This document shows positions 38,887-47,218 of a stretch of 64,000 bases of DNA, in pieces. Source of the DNA: Verrucomicrobiia bacterium (GTDB taxonomy: Bacteria; Verrucomicrobiota; Verrucomicrobiia; Limisphaerales; UBA1319); contig OY760937.1 of the NCBI GenBank assembly GCA_963664225.1, forward strand, positions 416,001 to 480,000, written 5' to 3'. The notes below the pieces were generated by a model that did not search any database, was not told the DNA's origin, and saw only the letters and a list, made by a program, of their open reading frames with translations. Numbering within the stretch: the first letter of the stretch is position 1; the number at the start of each line of letters is the position of its first letter. Both the position numbers and the translations under genes were made by a program.

Positions 38887-39966
38887 TTAGATCGCCAGAT
38901 ATCCCCAGACGGTTGTCACAATCGTCCCGATGAGCACCGCCAGACCGAAATAAGTGGCCACACGCGCGCGTCTTCCCGCAGGGGACTTGATGTTGTAAAG
39001 CGGCACCAGCATCCACAAAACGATGCCCAACGTGAATACGCCCATTCCCAGGAATTCACCCGCCACGCCGGGCACCCAATCGCCCAGCACCTTCAAGACT
39101 TGGAATTGGCTCATGAAATACCATTCCGGATGGATGCCTTTTGGCGCGGGCTTGAGGGAATCAGCCTGCACGCCCAAATCCCACGGAAACAGCGAGGCCA
39201 GCAGCGCGAGAATGTTCAGTGCGATGAGCCACATGGCCAGATCTTTGGCCATGAAATTTGGGAAAAACGGAATGCTCTTGCGCTCCGCCGGCGGTTTCAA
39301 TTCCTCCGAAGGGGGCACGGCATTTCCGTGTTTTTGCACGAGCCAGAGATGAAATCCGAGCAACGGCAGAAACAGCGCGGGCAGCACAACCACATGCAGG
39401 GCGAAGAACCGCTGAACGGTGAATTCGTTCACCTCAGTGCCACCGCGCGCCAGCGTGGCGATCGTATGTCCCAAAACAGGCATCGATTCGGGAATGGCCA
39501 GGCCGACTTTGGTGGCGAAATAGGCCAGTTCGTTCATCGGCAGCAAGTAGCCGCTGAATCCGAATACCATCGAGAGCATTAGTAATCCCATGCCGCTCCA
39601 CCAGCCGAATTCGCGCGGCTTCTGGTAGGCTTTCATGAAATAGACCGAGAACATATGGATGAAGATCGACGCAACCATCAGGTTCGCCGCCCAGGAATGG
39701 GCCGAGCGTATCAGCCAGCCAAAATTGATCTCGAAGGTCAATTGACGCACCGATTCAAACGCGTCCGGCCCGGGGCGGTAATAGACCAGCAGCAGCACGC
39801 CAGTGAAGGCTTGCACGAGGAAGAAAAACAGCGAGAGCCCGCCCCAGTAATACCAGGCGGAATGGCGATGGAGCGGGACGGTTTTCTTGCTGGCAAAATG
39901 AACCAAATCGGCCAGTCCCAGCCGGTCGTCCATCCAATGGTATATCGATCCCATCAACGCTTTCAT
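38887..39966 (-). CDS. Cytochrome b of a Rieske/cytochrome b complex (unsplit b6 plus subunit IV-like)
   Basis: RSAHSWAAN...IHMF, FSGYLLP, RFFALH-x14-H and PEWY motifs. Confidence 0.95.
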   Translation of the reverse strand: MKALMGSIYHWMDDRLGLADLVHFASKKTVPLHRHSAWYYWGGLSLFFFLVQAFTGVLLLVYYRPGPDAFESVRQLTFEINFGWLIRSAHSWAANLMVASIFIHMFSVYFMKAYQKPREFGWWSGMGLLMLSMVFGFSGYLLPMNELAYFATKVGLAIPESMPVLGHTIATLARGGTEVNEFTVQRFFALHVVVLPALFLPLLGFHLWLVQKHGNAVPPSEELKPPAERKSIPFFPNFMAKDLAMWLIALNILALLASLFPWDLGVQADSLKPAPKGIHPEWYFMSQFQVLKVLGDWVPGVAGEFLGMGVFTLGIVLWMLVPLYNIKSPAGRRARVATYFGLAVLIGTIVTTVWGYLAI

Positions 39967-40019
39967 CGGTTGCCCTGGAAAAAGTTAAATGTCATATCGC
40001 TCTTGTTTAGCGCTCTTGT

Positions 40020-40499
40020 TTAGGCGCGGGAAACGACCACCCCATCGGGAGTCACTTTGGCGTTGTAGCGTTTGAGGGGACGCGGCGGCGGGCCGCTGAC
40101 ATTTCCCCCGGTTTTGGGATCATAAACGCCGCCGTGGCAGGCGCAATGTATCCGGTTTTGCGCCGCCTCATATTCGACCGTGCATCCCAGATGAGTGCAG
40201 ACCGCGTCCAGCGCGACCCACGAATCATCCGCATGATGAATCAGTAAGGCCGGTTTCGAGCCAAACTTGAACATGAGCGAGGTGCCCTTGCCGAGTTTTT
40301 CGGCGTCTTTAAGGGTTACTTCCGTCACGGCTGTGGCATTTTCGGAGCGTTCCACAGGCGAGGCGAGATACCGGTAAACCGGGTATCCAATGGCCGCCGC
40401 GTAACACGCCCCCACGCCGCCCAAGGCGACACGAACAAAGGTGATCCGGCTCATTAAATCCGGCGCCGGTGTGTTGATTGCTGCTGGTTTATTCTTCAT
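40020..40499 (-). CDS. Rieske [2Fe-2S] protein
   Basis: CTHLGC...CACHGGVY...GPPPRPL motifs; N-terminal anchor helix. Confidence 0.95.
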   Translation of the reverse strand: MKNKPAAINTPAPDLMSRITFVRVALGGVGACYAAAIGYPVYRYLASPVERSENATAVTEVTLKDAEKLGKGTSLMFKFGSKPALLIHHADDSWVALDAVCTHLGCTVEYEAAQNRIHCACHGGVYDPKTGGNVSGPPPRPLKRYNAKVTPDGVVVSRA

Positions 40500-41611
40500 C
40501 AGGCGACTTTCTCAGAGACGGGTTTTGCATTTCTGGTGACCCACACCAGCCAGGCGACCGTCGCCAGTCCGGCCACAAATAAAAACAGGAACAGCCCCAC
40601 AACCGACCAGTTGGTTTCCACCTGGCGGTTCCAGACATCCAATCCCTTGCCTGCGAGGGTCAAATCGCGGATTCCATCGCGGAACATCGTCCAGGCAAGC
40701 ATTCCCACCAAACCGCAGATACCTGCGATCCATCCCAGGGCCTTGCCGGTTGGTTTTGCGAATGCAGACCAAATTCCAACCAGAAAAACCAGTGCGGCGA
40801 TTCCAAACCCGACGTAAGCCGCTATTTGATAGACCGGGTTGGACGTGAGGCCCTGACGCACGGTTTCCGGTTGCGCCTGGAAAACCTTCCAGGCCACGAA
40901 GGATTGAACGATGACCATGACCACGGCGATGCGGCCGCCATTTCCTGACAGAAAACTGCGGACATCTCCGGAGAGATTTTTGCGGCCTGCCAGATAAAGC
41001 ATCCACAGACCCGCCATCGTTAAACCGCCTGTGATCATGAATCCCCAGCGCGCCATCGAGGTGGCATCATGCGGCGGCAAATGGGCGCCAATGCCCGAGG
41101 CCGAATACATCTGATTCCACACTTCGGGCCGCAGCATCAAGGTCATGTTTGTGGTGTAAATCTTGGCGATGCTGGCAGCCAGCAGCCACGAAACCAGACC
41201 CAAGGGCCACGCGGTCCGGCCCGACTCGATGCGCGCGGCAAATTGATAAAGCAGCCAGTAACAGGCCATGAGGAGGAAAACCACGCCAATCCAATAGACG
41301 CCAATCAGGATGCTGCTGGTGTAGAGGGCGCGTCCGTAGAGCACCTGCGCGAACAACAGCGGCGGAACCCCCAGGTTGATCACATAGGTCATGACGATGG
41401 GCAGACGCCGCGCCATCGTCGATGCGGCGTTCAAATGCACCGCCGAACCGCTCAATTTGCCACGAAAACTCAGCCACACCGCCACCAGTATTCCACCGAG
41501 CATCATTTCCACGGAAATGAAATGGAGCGCCAAAGTGAGAATATGCAGCGCCTTGAACATCCAGACCGGCGCGGGCAGGGGAATGGGATCGACAGCGGGG
41601 AATAGGTTCAT
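40499..41611 (-). CDS. Polytopic membrane protein, probable CydA'-like partner subunit
   Basis: About 9 transmembrane helices; LHFISVEMMLGG, INLGVPPLLFAQVLY and RDGIR patterns parallel the CydA fold; TGATG overlap with the Rieske gene. Confidence 0.65.
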   Translation of the reverse strand: MNLFPAVDPIPLPAPVWMFKALHILTLALHFISVEMMLGGILVAVWLSFRGKLSGSAVHLNAASTMARRLPIVMTYVINLGVPPLLFAQVLYGRALYTSSILIGVYWIGVVFLLMACYWLLYQFAARIESGRTAWPLGLVSWLLAASIAKIYTTNMTLMLRPEVWNQMYSASGIGAHLPPHDATSMARWGFMITGGLTMAGLWMLYLAGRKNLSGDVRSFLSGNGGRIAVVMVIVQSFVAWKVFQAQPETVRQGLTSNPVYQIAAYVGFGIAALVFLVGIWSAFAKPTGKALGWIAGICGLVGMLAWTMFRDGIRDLTLAGKGLDVWNRQVETNWSVVGLFLFLFVAGLATVAWLVWVTRNAKPVSEKVA

Positions 41612-41797
41612 GGGTTCACGAGGTGGGCAGGCCGGAGCGACGCAAACCCGCACATTTCAAAGTGCGGGAGGCGCGCCTTGGGCTCAGCGGTACTCCGGTT
41701 ATTGAGAACGATTTTCATATCGATTGGAGCGAACTTTATCATAAAACCAATATTGTGCAAATTAACTATAATAATGCAAACAATAATAAACCATAAT

Positions 41798-41829
41798 AAA
41801 AAAACACCCCCGGTTTTGGAGGTGTTTTT
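41798..41829 (-). terminator. Probable intrinsic terminator after 41881-42405
   Basis: AAAAACACCCCC-GGTTTT-GGAGGTGTTTTT. Confidence 0.65.
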
Positions 41830-41880
41830 GCGCCGCCCGGTTTCCTGCTTTTCGACAGGCAGATGGAGCGGTTTTTGGAA

Positions 41881-42405
41881 TTAGTTGCTGATCATGGGAC
41901 AACCATCCATATACCCTTTCCCCCTGCCCCATCCCATGCCCATTCCACGTCCACAATTGCGTCCATGGCGACCACGTTGCATTCCGAATGGATCCATCCG
42001 TTGTAAAAAAGTCTGGTCTGCGGCGCCAAGGGTGCCAGCCGCTTTTTTTGCGTTTAACGCTGCAACGGCCGGGCACACGGGGGCTGTTGTGCCAAACGCC
42101 TGCGGGGTAAACGCACGACCAGCTCCGCGCGCCGGGGTGCCGGTGATGCAAATACCGCCGCGTTGTTCAGCCTTGTCGAGCCAGGCTTGTTCGGCCGCAT
42201 TGAGGGTTCCAGCAGCTTTTTTGGCGCGCAAAACTGCAACGGTGGTTTGCATTAGTTCGCGGCGCTGAGAACGTTGTTCAGAGCTCAGGCCCAGTCCCCG
42301 GCCCCTTTCCAGGGACGGCAGGGGATTGGTCTGTGCGTTGACATCTGCCATCAGGGCGACCAACCCTGCGAGCACCGTGGCGAGGTATCGAATTCTTATT
42401 TTCAT
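41881..42405 (-). CDS. Secreted small protein with internal duplication and Gly/Arg/Met/Cys-rich segments; possible accessory protein of the two-component system
   Basis: Signal peptide; AVLRAKKAAGTLNAAEQAWL versus AALNAKKAAGTLGAADQTFL; divergent from the response regulator. Confidence 0.75.
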   Translation of the reverse strand: MKIRIRYLATVLAGLVALMADVNAQTNPLPSLERGRGLGLSSEQRSQRRELMQTTVAVLRAKKAAGTLNAAEQAWLDKAEQRGGICITGTPARGAGRAFTPQAFGTTAPVCPAVAALNAKKAAGTLGAADQTFLQRMDPFGMQRGRHGRNCGRGMGMGWGRGKGYMDGCPMISN

Positions 42406-42513
42406 GATATTCTCTTTCTCTTTTTGTTCATACCAGGAAACGCCCTGGAATCTCTGTCTTCACTATAAATAGACTCCCCCTTTGTTAAGCTTTCGTGTGC
42501 AAGCGGCAGGAAT

Positions 42514-42532
42514 ATTGTAAAGGGATTGTAAA
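42514..42532. promoter_or_regulatory. Putative OmpR/CpxR-family binding site
   Basis: Perfect direct repeat ATTGTAAA-GGG-ATTGTAAA (11-bp period) in the divergent intergenic region. Confidence 0.65.
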
Positions 42533-42609
42533 AGTTGGAGCATTCCTGAAATGGATGCCATAATGTGAATTGGAGATCACCGGGAATGTGCGATGTCGGA
42601 CGCTGCATC

Positions 42610-43377
42610 ATGAATGAACCAAAGCATGCTCAAAATGTTCGGGAAACGGATGCGGAGGGCCGTCACCGTCTTTTGATGATCGATGATGACCGGAAATTGT
42701 GCCGCCTCATCAGGGATTACCTGGAACCGCTCGGTTATGAGGTTCATGCCGTTTACACGGGGCCGGATGGTTTGCAGAAGGCGCTTGGAGAGACATGGCA
42801 GGCGGTGCTCCTGGATGTCATGCTGCCAGGGATGGATGGCTTGGAGGTTCTCAAACAGATTCGTGCGAAATCCGATGTTCCGGTGTTGATGCTGACCGCG
42901 CGCGGAGAGCCGCCGGACCGTATTGTCGGTTTGGAGTTGGGCGCGGACGATTACCTGCCAAAGACCTTTACCACGCGCGAATTGCTGGCCCGCCTGCGCG
43001 CGGTGATCCGTCGAAGTGCGATCCAGAAACCAAACGCAGTGGGGCAGGGGGCGGAAGAGTTGGTTGTGGGCGGTTTGCGGATTCTTACCGGACCACATCT
43101 GGCTACCTTCGGGGATCAACCGCTCTCGCTGACTCCCGTGGAATATGATTTGTTACTGGCACTGGCGCGGGCCAAGGGCCGGGTGAAAACGAGGGAAATG
43201 CTTTTGGAGGATATTCGGGACCGCCAGTATGAGGCGTTTGACCGGTCCATCGACGTGCACATTTCATCTTTGCGCAGGAAGTTGGGGGACGACCCGAGGA
43301 CGCCCCGATATATCCGCACGGTGCGCGCCGCTGGTTATATGCTGGTCGATCCCCGGGAACCTGACTTTGAGCCATGA
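42610..43377 (+). CDS. OmpR/CpxR-family response regulator
   Basis: IDDD, LLDVMLP, LTARG, GADDY and winged helix RSIDVHISSLRRKL...IRTVRAAGY. Confidence 0.95.
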   Translation: MNEPKHAQNVRETDAEGRHRLLMIDDDRKLCRLIRDYLEPLGYEVHAVYTGPDGLQKALGETWQAVLLDVMLPGMDGLEVLKQIRAKSDVPVLMLTARGEPPDRIVGLELGADDYLPKTFTTRELLARLRAVIRRSAIQKPNAVGQGAEELVVGGLRILTGPHLATFGDQPLSLTPVEYDLLLALARAKGRVKTREMLLEDIRDRQYEAFDRSIDVHISSLRRKLGDDPRTPRYIRTVRAAGYMLVDPREPDFEP

Positions 43378-44864
43378 AAACGGGACTGCCACTTTACGCA
43401 AAAATCCTGATCTGGTTTTTTCTGAACCTGCTGCTCCTGGTTCTGGCCTTTTGGATTGGCATTCGCGCGCAATTATACTCGGGATTCGATACGCTGCTTT
43501 CCGCGCGCGCGGGTGAGCGGATGCAGGTTCTGGGTGATTTGGTGGGAGGCGAGTTGAGGGACAGCCCGGTTGCCGAATGGAATCGCGTTTTGGCACGGTT
43601 CAGCGCGGCCTACAAGGTTCAACTGATTCTCTTGGACGGGAACGGCAAGGTGCTGGCGGGAGGGTCTGTTATACTGCCGGAGGCGGTGTTGAAAAGCATG
43701 GGCACTCCGGCTTCGATGAGTGTTACACGTCAGCGCGGCCGGGGCGGGCCTCCCTGGGCCGTTTCCGGCACAACCACGACCGATGGGGGTGGCATTGGGA
43801 TGGGGATGGGAGGCGGGGCGGGGTTGGGGTGGGAATTCAAGTTTTTCATTCGCACAGACAGCCCAACGCGTTACTGGGCGGGGATGCGATTGCCAGCCGT
43901 GGCGGCGGGTCATCCCGATTGGCGTCCCATCACGCTTGTGGCAGTGTCGGATTCGTTGAGCGGCGGGGGGCTGTTTTTCGATGTTGGCTCATGGCTGGCC
44001 GTGGCTGGGGCCGTGGTCGTGCTCTCCGTTTTGTTCTGGCTGCCATTGGTGCGTGGCATTACGCGCGCCACAAGCCTCATGACAAAGGCCACGGGGCAGA
44101 TGGCCGAGGGTCATTTGGAAGCCCGGGTGGAACTGCACCGGAGTGACGAACTGGGACGGCTTGCGCAATCCATCAACCTCATGGCCGGTCGTCTTGAGAC
44201 TTACGTTTCCGGTCAACGCCAGTTTCTGGGAGCCACAGCGCACGAATTATGCTCGCCGCTGGCGCGCATTCAGGTCGCCCTTGGAATTCTCGAGCAGCGC
44301 GCCTCATCGCAGGAGCAGGAACGCTTCAAGGATTTGCGCGAGGATGTCGATTCCATGTCCCGAATAGTGCATGAATTGCTGTCCTTTTCGAAAGCCTCCT
44401 TTGGCACCGCCGCGGTTCAACTCCAGTCGGTCCCGCTGTTTTCCGCGGTTGAGCGTGCTGTACAACGGGAGGTTCCACCCCCAACGACAGTCCAGATTCA
44501 CATTCCCGGGAGCCTGGCGGTGATGGCCGAACCGGACCTGCTGCAACGCGCCCTGGGCAATATCCTGCGCAACGCGGTTCGATACGCGGGCGACGCCGGG
44601 CCTGTCATCATTACGGCGGAGAAGAACGCGGATGGTGCGATCCTGTCCATTGCGGACAGTGGGTCTGGGGTGCCCGAGGAGGCGCTCCCCATGTTGTTCG
44701 ATCCGTTTTATCGCGTGGAAAGCTCCCGTTCGCGCGATACCGGCGGGGCGGGGCTTGGTCTGACGATCGTGAAAACGTGCGTTGAAGCGTGCGGAGGTAC
44801 GGTGAGTTGCCATAACCGGAAACCTGCGGGATTCGAGGTTGTGGTGAATCTGACCTGCGGTTGA
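43374..44864 (+). CDS. HAMP-domain sensor histidine kinase (CpxA-like)
   Basis: Two transmembrane helices, HAMP (DELGRLA), H-box AHELCSPL, N-box NILRNAVRY, G-boxes DSGSG and GAGLGL. Confidence 0.95.
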   Translation: MKTGLPLYAKILIWFFLNLLLLVLAFWIGIRAQLYSGFDTLLSARAGERMQVLGDLVGGELRDSPVAEWNRVLARFSAAYKVQLILLDGNGKVLAGGSVILPEAVLKSMGTPASMSVTRQRGRGGPPWAVSGTTTTDGGGIGMGMGGGAGLGWEFKFFIRTDSPTRYWAGMRLPAVAAGHPDWRPITLVAVSDSLSGGGLFFDVGSWLAVAGAVVVLSVLFWLPLVRGITRATSLMTKATGQMAEGHLEARVELHRSDELGRLAQSINLMAGRLETYVSGQRQFLGATAHELCSPLARIQVALGILEQRASSQEQERFKDLREDVDSMSRIVHELLSFSKASFGTAAVQLQSVPLFSAVERAVQREVPPPTTVQIHIPGSLAVMAEPDLLQRALGNILRNAVRYAGDAGPVIITAEKNADGAILSIADSGSGVPEEALPMLFDPFYRVESSRSRDTGGAGLGLTIVKTCVEACGGTVSCHNRKPAGFEVVVNLTCG

Positions 44865-45001
44865 GAGGCAAAACGACCTTGATTAAGGCGCGAGCGTTGT
44901 TGATTCAGGAAAGGGTGGGATTGGGAGCTTAAACCGCGAACATAGGGGTTGACGATGGCGGCGTTGCCACGCCTCCTGTATCAAAGTAAAAAATAAGAAC
45001 C

Positions 45002-46186
45002 ATGAGCGATCAGGAATCGAAACCGTTGTATAAGGCTGGGGCTGGGATGGCTGGCAGGGAGTCACACGATGCCCAACTGGATCAATTGCGCGGGCAAATC
45101 GACAGCATTGACAAACAATTAGTCGAACTCCTGGCCCAGCGAAAGCGCACGGTCGAGCAGGTGGTCCAGGTAAAGCAACAGCATGATTTACCGACATTCC
45201 ATCCAGCTCGCGAAGAGAACCTGATCTCGGCTCGCCGAAAACAGGCCGGGCAGGCTGGATTGGATCCTGATTATATCGAGGACCTGTTTCGCACGGTTCT
45301 GCGACATTCGCGCGTAGGGCAATTGGACACCCTCGGACGTCGGGGCGTTCGACCGGGCGCGAAGGTGCTTATCGTTGGCGGACGAGGAAATATGGGCCGG
45401 TTTCTGGCTCGATGGTTCACACAATCGGACTACGAAGTGCGCATCCTGGATCAGGAGGATTGGCCCCGGGCACAGTCACTGGCAGCCGACATTGATCTAT
45501 GCCTGCTGGCGGTACCCATTGGCGTTACCCCCACCGTAGCCGTCCAGATCGCGGGCCATCTTCCACAAGGTTGCGTTCTGGCCGACATTACAAGCCTCAA
45601 AAGCGAACCGTTGGCAGCCATGCTGCGGGCGTACAGCGGACCCGTTGTGGGCCTCCATCCGCTCTTTGGCCCGGCGACAACCACCATGGACAAGCAGATT
45701 GTCGCCATCTGTCCGGGACGCCAACCTGAGGCCTGCAAATGGCTGCTCGACCAATTGACCCTTTGGGGAAACGTCCTGGTCGAGACCCCGGCCGAGGAGC
45801 ATGATGAGATCATGGGCATTGTGCAGTCCGTGAGACATTTCGCCACGTTTGCATTTGGTCAGTTCCTGTGTTCGCAGCAGGTTCCCATTCTCCGCACGCT
45901 CGAATTGTCGAGTCCGATCTACAGGCTGGAGTTGGCGATGGTGGGTCGGCTTTTTGCCCAGGACCCATCCCTGTATGCCGAAATTGTGTTTGCCACGCCT
46001 TCGCGCATTTCGCTGCTCAAGACCTTTATCGATTCACTAAACGGGAATCTGAACCTGATCGAGCGAGGGGATAAAGAGGAGTTCGCCGCCCGGTTTCGAA
46101 AAGTGGCCGAGTGGTTTGGGCCCTTCAGCGAACAGGCGATGCGGGAGAGCACATTCCTGGTGGAAAAGCTCGTGCATCGCTTTTGA
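45002..46186 (+). CDS. tyrA: Bifunctional chorismate mutase/prephenate dehydrogenase (T-protein)
   Basis: AroQ domain LRGQIDSIDKQLVELLAQR; GGRGNMG, DITSLK, HPLFGP, EHDEIM and SSPIYRLELAMVGRLFAQDP motifs. Confidence 0.93.
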   Translation: MSDQESKPLYKAGAGMAGRESHDAQLDQLRGQIDSIDKQLVELLAQRKRTVEQVVQVKQQHDLPTFHPAREENLISARRKQAGQAGLDPDYIEDLFRTVLRHSRVGQLDTLGRRGVRPGAKVLIVGGRGNMGRFLARWFTQSDYEVRILDQEDWPRAQSLAADIDLCLLAVPIGVTPTVAVQIAGHLPQGCVLADITSLKSEPLAAMLRAYSGPVVGLHPLFGPATTTMDKQIVAICPGRQPEACKWLLDQLTLWGNVLVETPAEEHDEIMGIVQSVRHFATFAFGQFLCSQQVPILRTLELSSPIYRLELAMVGRLFAQDPSLYAEIVFATPSRISLLKTFIDSLNGNLNLIERGDKEEFAARFRKVAEWFGPFSEQAMRESTFLVEKLVHRF

Positions 46187-46219
46187 TCGCTCACGCCAGA
46201 CTTGGCCCAGACGGAAGCG

Positions 46220-47176
46220 TCACCTTTGATGGGTTGATCCCGCGATCTTTTTGAGACGGTTTGCAATGAATTCGGGCGACTTTAATTCCGGGTAAAGCGC
46301 CACGGTATATTGCAGGTGAAATGTATCACCGGCATGGTAGGTAAGGGGATTGTTATCCAAACCCTGAGTCGCTGAAACGTAGGCAAACGGCTTTCGCATC
46401 GTGAAAAACCGCGCAGGACCTCCCGCGTTGTCTGGATGACCGTAAATCACCAGGGTGGCCGGTTTGCCAGGCGCGTCGAAGGAGACGGATGCCCAGTCGC
46501 CGGGCGCCACGTCCTGTTTTTCATCACTAAGGTCAGGTGTGTTGCCGGAGTTCAAGTGCCGGGCCAGAGGATCCAATTCCTTAAGAAAACGCATTCCGAG
46601 TCCGAAGTAGTTGGCCCCGGTGAGTGTGACCCGGTTGGTCTTTGCGCCCACCTCGAAATTTGAAGCCCATTGCAGGGCCGTTTCCGATGTTTCCTCATCG
46701 AGGATCAGCGTGAGAGTGCGTTGTTCGACCAGCAGTGCCACTTTTGAGGTATCCGGCAGGAAGGCATCCTCTGGCGTCAGCCAATGAATGGTCTGCGTGA
46801 ATGTGGCTTGTGGCTTGCCTTGGGCATTGGTGATCACTTCCGGTTTGCTCGTTTTGACCGATTTCTGCACGCCGCAACCGGGTGTCTCAGACCAAAAATC
46901 GATGCCGTTGACCGCGATGCCATACATGAGCCCGTGATGGTGCAAATGATCCGAAGGCGCATCGCGCAGAACATTCTCGCCGCGCAGGGTGTGGAGTTCC
47001 TTGACGTAAGGTTTGTATGTCCCTGGCGCAAAGGAATAGACGAACACATCCTGGTCATGGAACCGCAGGGTCCAGGCGGTGGGTTGCTGGGTGGCTTCGA
47101 CCCCAAGAGGGGCCTTCTCCGCCGCTGTCAGGCAGACGGTGAGACTGGCACAGAATAAAAAGAGCGTGAGTTTCAT
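46220..47176 (-). CDS. Secreted DUF6807 ('PmoA-family')-like protein
   Basis: KPY...L...G...D-P-DHLHHHGL...DFW and YFGLGMR patterns; signal peptide. Confidence 0.7.
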   Translation of the reverse strand: MKLTLFLFCASLTVCLTAAEKAPLGVEATQQPTAWTLRFHDQDVFVYSFAPGTYKPYVKELHTLRGENVLRDAPSDHLHHHGLMYGIAVNGIDFWSETPGCGVQKSVKTSKPEVITNAQGKPQATFTQTIHWLTPEDAFLPDTSKVALLVEQRTLTLILDEETSETALQWASNFEVGAKTNRVTLTGANYFGLGMRFLKELDPLARHLNSGNTPDLSDEKQDVAPGDWASVSFDAPGKPATLVIYGHPDNAGGPARFFTMRKPFAYVSATQGLDNNPLTYHAGDTFHLQYTVALYPELKSPEFIANRLKKIAGSTHQR

Positions 47177-47218
47177 GTGTTTCTGATCTTGGAATGGCTT
47201 CTCGTTGAGGGATTCACC

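Noticed and set aside
41752..41772. Rex-like operator upstream of the oxidase operon
   Set aside because: Only one half-site matches TTGTGAA-N4-TTCACAA and the spacing is off.
46220..47176. Particulate methane monooxygenase subunit
   Set aside because: Soluble secreted protein with no pmoCAB context; the 'PmoA-family' label for this domain is not evidence of methanotrophy.
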